From: Escherichia phage St11Ph5
Reading direction: 5' to 3' (one strand)
Length of the DNA: 64,000 bases
Sequence record: NC_070873.1
A program made the translations under genes and the position numbers. Every line of letters begins with the position of its first letter. Position 1 is the stretch's first letter. Below are positions 59,780 through 64,000 of this stretch, piece by piece. The notes under the pieces were generated by a model, which was not told the DNA's origin, made no database searches, and saw only the letters and a program-made list of their open reading frames with translations.

Positions 59780-60286
59780 TTATTCCTGTTCAAAAAGTTT
59801 ACGGTCAGCCTGAATCTGTTTACCCAACTCAATTAGTTGGCTGTCACGGAGTCTAACAGTTGCCCGGAGTTCTTCAACCAAACGTCTGCCTTCTTCAAGA
59901 CTGTTGTCGAGTCTGGCTGCATGGCTTGCAAGACTTCTGCACTCAAAGGTTCCGGATTCGGCTTGACGTTTATATACCGATGCTCGTCTTTCAGACTGTT
60001 GCATCCGGCTGTCGTAATCACTGCTAACGCGAGCAAGCTCGCTTGCGTAATTACTCTCAGCCGTCTGCAACCGGGAAGTGAGTAACCCGACTTCATAACT
60101 ATGGTTTCTTTGGAGAGCATTGTATTTGTCCTGTAATTTTTGTGTTGCCTTTTGGTCTTCGACCTTTTGGGCATCCCACTTCTTTTGAACAGTAGACTGT
60201 CCATTGGAGTTACCCCAAAAGTAAATGGTGGCCCCAAGGACCACCACCAGAAGATAAGGCCAACCTTTAGAGATTAGCATCTTCAT
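59780..60286 (-). CDS. i-spanin (Rz-like): N-terminal TM helix plus periplasmic coiled coil
   Basis: [26 protein letters not shown] then charged coiled-coil region; GGAGG 6 nt upstream of the ATG at 60286; directly downstream of the endolysin. Confidence 0.55.
   Translation of the reverse strand: MKMLISKGWPYLLVVVLGATIYFWGNSNGQSTVQKKWDAQKVEDQKATQKLQDKYNALQRNHSYEVGLLTSRLQTAESNYASELARVSSDYDSRMQQSERRASVYKRQAESGTFECRSLASHAARLDNSLEEGRRLVEELRATVRLRDSQLIELGKQIQADRKLFEQE
59833..60096 (-). CDS. o-spanin (Rz1-like) lipoprotein embedded in the +1 frame of the i-spanin gene
   Basis: Signal peptide with lipobox-like ITTAGC and a Pro-rich mature region, entirely inside the Rz-like gene. Confidence 0.45.
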   Translation of the reverse strand: MKSGYSLPGCRRLRVITQASLLALAVITTAGCNSLKDEHRYINVKPNPEPLSAEVLQAMQPDSTTVLKKADVWLKNSGQLLDSVTAN

Positions 60287-60902
60287 TACATGCCTCCAGT
60301 GGCACATTGCCTATTCGGTTAGCTACCCAACCATACGTAAAGTCTGGCATGTTTAATGAGGTGTAGTGGTTCAGTTGTTTGGCATCAAGTAACTTAATCA
60401 TTACCTGACATGCTGCAACTTTGCCTCGTTTTTTCTGTAATGCTTTATATGCATTAACAGTACTTGTACCGACTTTACCATCAACCTGTATTTTAGGGTA
60501 GTCTTTGCCGTCACGGGACATTTCATTAAGAGATAACTGCAACCACTTAGCAGGACGGGTTACACCAGTGTTAACACCAGCATCAACCAGCTTGTGTGTT
60601 ACAGCAGGAGATATATCAGCAAAGGCTACGAAGTTAGGCTTAAGTACGTAGTCATCAATGTATATCTCAGCAGCCATCTCTTTAGACAAACCTTTCATAG
60701 AACCATCCCAACCATACTCAGTAGCCAGAACTTCTTTATGAGATTTAGCTACCGATTGGGTAATTCCATGGTTAGTTTCCCCACCTGGGTCACGAGGATT
60801 GTTTACGTAACCCCCTTCCATATAGAACACTGCCCCCAGGATAGCAGCGACAACTCCTCCCACTGCACCACCTTTCGCAGCAAGTTTTTGTTTAGCTTTC
60901 AT
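60267..60902 (-). CDS. endolysin, GH108-type N-acetylmuramidase with N-terminal SAR-like segment and PG-binding-like C-terminus (211 aa)
   Basis: EGGYVNNPRDPGGETNHGIT (GH108 EGGY motif); Gly/Ala-rich weakly hydrophobic N-terminus. Confidence 0.75.
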   Translation of the reverse strand: MKAKQKLAAKGGAVGGVVAAILGAVFYMEGGYVNNPRDPGGETNHGITQSVAKSHKEVLATEYGWDGSMKGLSKEMAAEIYIDDYVLKPNFVAFADISPAVTHKLVDAGVNTGVTRPAKWLQLSLNEMSRDGKDYPKIQVDGKVGTSTVNAYKALQKKRGKVAACQVMIKLLDAKQLNHYTSLNMPDFTYGWVANRIGNVPLEACNEDANL

Positions 60903-61152
60903 GTGAATCTTCCTTTGGTCGGAAACGTATTAATCTGCCTATGATATTTAAGGCAAACAGTGCGATTGCAATATTGGAACCATGAGGAATGTCTTCCAGG
61001 ATGTGTCGAGGTAATCCTGTCAGCATTGGTTGGATAATATCTATGGCAGAAAACATAATTAACCCAAGCGTACTAATCTGAATGGATGCCCACTTCCAGC
61101 ATCTTTTCCAGTTAGGTACTAACTCTACCTTTCTATTTAACCTGCGAACCAT
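60892..61152 (-). CDS. holin-like small membrane protein (2 TM; 86 aa; start moved to internal ATG)
   Basis: Two hydrophobic helices; GGGAG 8 nt upstream of the ATG at 61152; immediately upstream of the SAR endolysin. Confidence 0.4.
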   Translation of the reverse strand: MVRRLNRKVELVPNWKRCWKWASIQISTLGLIMFSAIDIIQPMLTGLPRHILEDIPHGSNIAIALFALNIIGRLIRFRPKEDSHES

Positions 61153-61466
61153 GCGAATATCTCCCGTCTTGCAGCAGCCAATACACCAATAATTGCACCT
61201 GCCCCAGCCCATACCCACTTACCGAAAATCCCTGCACCAACAACTTTATGCTTAATGGTGATGAACTCTTCAATAGTAGGTTCATTCTTAGCTAAGCTAT
61301 CCTCCACATTCTTTAGTCTATTGCCTATGTCATTGATTGAATCTCGTAGTTCTACTAGAGTCTCCTCTAGTTTCTCACGGTCCTGCCTTTCCCTTGTCTG
61401 GTTCTCAAACAGAGTCTTCAATCGTTCCTCCAACCTGACTAGGAGTAGTTCACCCGATTCATTCAT
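61137..61466 (-). CDS. coiled-coil protein with C-terminal TM anchor (109 aa)
   Basis: Charged helical N-terminus, GAGIFGKWVWAGAGAIIGVLAA C-terminal hydrophobic segment. Confidence 0.45.
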   Translation of the reverse strand: MNESGELLLVRLEERLKTLFENQTRERQDREKLEETLVELRDSINDIGNRLKNVEDSLAKNEPTIEEFITIKHKVVGAGIFGKWVWAGAGAIIGVLAAARREIFAWFAG

Positions 61467-61639
61467 AATATTACCGTAGTTGTGTAGTTAGAATCCCCAA
61501 TAGGGTCATATCATAAGATGACTCATAGATAATACTTAGTATGATGGAGTACATCCAGACATAGTGTCTGCCTTAGACATTATTGTAAGAAGTGCAGGTA
61601 CAGTGAGAGAATGGGGAATGCAAACAGTAAACTCTATAT

Positions 61640-61668
61640 AGGAAAAGCCCCCTTAATTGGGGGCTTTT
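61640..61668 (-). terminator. terminator-like hairpin downstream of the tailspike gene
   Basis: AAAGCCCCC-TTAATT-GGGGGCTTT then U-rich on the minus strand. Confidence 0.5.
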
Positions 61669-61682
61669 AGTAATGTCACATG

Positions 61683-63590
61683 TTATACAAAGTAAACCAA
61701 TGTACCTATGATACGTGAATTATTCCCCAGTGCTGCAACAGAACCAGAAATACCCACTGCTGAGGCTGTAGATGCAGAGATCATGATATTGGAGTTCAGT
61801 GCTTCTGCTCGGATATACAAGCCATAAACAGGTAAGGCAAGTTCAGCATAGTAGCCTACACTACCTGTACCTGTGGTATCACCACACGCAAAAGGCAGAC
61901 CTAAAATTGCTGACTGATTCCCTGTACCAATAGTATTGATATGAATATCAAACTCTACTGTTACCTTACGACCTTCTTTACGGTACTTACCCTTCTGAAT
62001 GTTATAAGTAGCATTACCACCTACAGAAGGGGTCCATGTACCTTCTATAACATCAGAGGATGTCCATGCATTTGGTGATAATGGTGGGTTATTGACAACA
62101 GTGAATTTAGCACCAGCACCTGAGTTGTAGGGGATGAATACAGGATTAATACGAGCAAAGGTGTTATTAACCTGTTCATCAAGGTTGTTCATATCAATCA
62201 GAACCTGTCCATTAGCAAATGTACTAACAGCAATATCCTCTACTACCCAATCACGTAGCTTAACGTTACCATCCATCATTCCGATGATGCGACCATTATT
62301 CCCTATCTTCTCACTATGCATGTTGATGTAACAGTTACGGATTCGTACACTCTGTGGGAAAAGGTAGTTTGCAGGATTAGTCTTGTCACTAAGTACTGAA
62401 ACCATCCAAGGTCGTACAGCTGTACTCACCTCTGTGTAGTATCCATCAATAATAGCACCGTGAGCATTTGGCCCAAGAAGAATACCTCCAGTACAGTGGT
62501 GTGCGTTACCTCCAATTACACGGCACATTGTAGAGTTGATATATGCAAAGTAACCTAAGTCTTGGTTATCGTATGCACCCATTGAGCAATCACGTATGGT
62601 AAATCGTGAGTTACCGCCATCATAGGCACTACCATCAGTCTTCTTGCCAAGGAGAGCTATGAAACTACCAGTTGCTACTGTACTGAAGTAGGTATGTTTC
62701 TCACAACACTCAATGATCCCATCCCAGTTCTCATACTGAGAATAGATGTCATAGGTTGCAGAGTTACCATAGTCCATAAAGATGCAGTATCTGATTCTAG
62801 GTGTGAATACGAAGGACTTAATGAAAATACCGAAACCTGCTTGCACACCACCAGTGAATCGCAGACCCTCTATAGTGTATTCAGACTGATAGAAGTTATC
62901 AGCAGTAGGTGCATCTTCTGGAGTTGGGTCACCTAAGTACATTGCTGCACCAGTACCTGAGTAGTCCAGAGTAGCTGACTGAAAACCATATACTGCTACA
63001 GGGCGTGTAAAGTTTATACCAGTAGTATACTTATAATGACCAGCAGGAAAGATAACAGAAATGGGTGCAGAGTATTTGGCTCGGGAGTTTACCCAAGCAA
63101 CCATAGCCTGAATAGCAGCAGTGTCATCGGTAATCCCATCACCTACTGCACCAAAGTCCTTCAGACTTACCCAATCACCTAATGCAGCCTGTACAGTGCG
63201 AGCAACTTCACCAACACGTCCGGTAATGTGACCAACCTTACTAGAGCCAGTGTTAGAAGCCAGTTCGTCATATACTGCTGTAATGGCTTCATTGACTCGT
63301 ACAGCAATGTCATTTGGTGCAGGAAGTAGACTAACGGTAATACCCCCTGGGTTATAGGTTAATTGGTCACCATTTACATTAGCAATGGTTGCCCCGGAGG
63401 GGAGAGTAGGTAAAGTCCATATCTTCTTAGCATTACGATCGAAGAGTATAGTCTTATCATCTAGCAATGTATTAGTATTCGTACTGAGAATAACTTTACC
63501 TTCTGCTACGTTACATGCACGAGCAATGGCTTGTATATTGGTAAGAATACCCGTAGAGCCTTTACCACCTTGAGAGAACATCTCGTTCAT
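61683..63590 (-). CDS. tailspike/tail fibre with pectate-lyase-like right-handed beta-helix domain (635 aa)
   Basis: LKDFGAVGDGITDDTAAIQAMV is the characteristic N-terminal motif of pectate-lyase-3/beta-helix depolymerase domains. Confidence 0.7.
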   Translation of the reverse strand: MNEMFSQGGKGSTGILTNIQAIARACNVAEGKVILSTNTNTLLDDKTILFDRNAKKIWTLPTLPSGATIANVNGDQLTYNPGGITVSLLPAPNDIAVRVNEAITAVYDELASNTGSSKVGHITGRVGEVARTVQAALGDWVSLKDFGAVGDGITDDTAAIQAMVAWVNSRAKYSAPISVIFPAGHYKYTTGINFTRPVAVYGFQSATLDYSGTGAAMYLGDPTPEDAPTADNFYQSEYTIEGLRFTGGVQAGFGIFIKSFVFTPRIRYCIFMDYGNSATYDIYSQYENWDGIIECCEKHTYFSTVATGSFIALLGKKTDGSAYDGGNSRFTIRDCSMGAYDNQDLGYFAYINSTMCRVIGGNAHHCTGGILLGPNAHGAIIDGYYTEVSTAVRPWMVSVLSDKTNPANYLFPQSVRIRNCYINMHSEKIGNNGRIIGMMDGNVKLRDWVVEDIAVSTFANGQVLIDMNNLDEQVNNTFARINPVFIPYNSGAGAKFTVVNNPPLSPNAWTSSDVIEGTWTPSVGGNATYNIQKGKYRKEGRKVTVEFDIHINTIGTGNQSAILGLPFACGDTTGTGSVGYYAELALPVYGLYIRAEALNSNIMISASTASAVGISGSVAALGNNSRIIGTLVYFV

Positions 63591-63885
63591 AGCAACCTCT
63601 TTGTTTTTCTAGAAGACCTCGCTTCAGCGGGGTCTTATAACTAGGTAAGTACACGGTAGCGTAGGCCAGTATGCATTATCTTATCTAGACTTTTCCTCTT
63701 ACTAGATACAATAACCATCCATTCCCTCCTACAATGTTACACCAACCTTTCATATTAATACTTGGAATACACTAAGAGCAAACCTAGATAGTCAGGGAAC
63801 AAGTCATAGACTCCAGAGCGGCACTCATAGGTGTGCTGTGAGCTATCATAGGTCTGCCCTTGTGTACACTAAGATATTAACCTGC

Positions 63886-64000
63886 TTACGCAGAAGATAC
63901 AGAAGGTTTCTTCATTGCACGACGTTGTACATCCTTAGCAATGGCGTAAGCCTGCTTAGGGTCACACTCTTCCTTGATGAGTTCTTCTGTGTTCCGGCGT
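63886..64000 (-). CDS. 3' end of a minus-strand gene continuing beyond the window (partial)
   Basis: Open minus-strand frame from the window edge to the stop at 63886-63888. Confidence 0.3.
   Translation of the reverse strand, partial: RRNTEELIKEECDPKQAYAIAKDVQRRAMKKPSVSSA

Noticed and set aside
1-64000. CRISPR arrays, integrase/attachment sites, transposases or insertion sequences
   Set aside because: No regularly spaced direct repeats and no recombinase or transposase motifs were seen; the gene content is that of a strictly lytic phage.

Overview
This window reads as most of the genome of an N4-like podophage (Schitoviridae-type architecture). All calls come from reading the sequence and the supplied ORF translations by eye; no database search or folding program was run. 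Layout: (i) 1-6 kb, plus strand: four copies of a conserved hairpin motif (5-6 bp stem, TCC loop, then T(A/T)(T)TGG) that match the hairpin promoters used by N4-type virion RNA polymerase, driving short early genes separated by TTCG-tetraloop intrinsic terminators; (ii) 6-33.6 kb, plus strand: a two-subunit T7-like RNA polymerase (RNAPII), an Ig-like decoration-type protein, a MoxR-type AAA+ ATPase with a vWA/zincin partner, dCTP deaminase-like, Imm-like membrane protein, ThyX-like, rIIA/rIIB-like, MazG-like, Dda-like helicase, family A DNA polymerase, Cas4/RecB-like nuclease, AEP primase, P-loop ATPase, SSB-like and RuvC-like proteins; (iii) 33.95-35.84 kb: a 1.9-kb non-coding island with one cloverleaf-foldable tRNA and several tRNA-like T-arm/acceptor/CCA elements; (iv) 37.1-64 kb, minus strand: the late module, with a 3601-aa giant virion RNA polymerase, virion/ejection proteins, major capsid, scaffold-like protein, portal, spanins (o-spanin embedded in i-spanin), a SAR-type GH108 endolysin, a holin-like protein and a beta-helix tailspike. 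The candidates I consider most worth follow-up are the structured-RNA island, the early SLOG/DUF4326/zinc-ribbon gene string, and the AAA+/vWA-zincin pair. No CRISPR array, integrase or transposase was seen.
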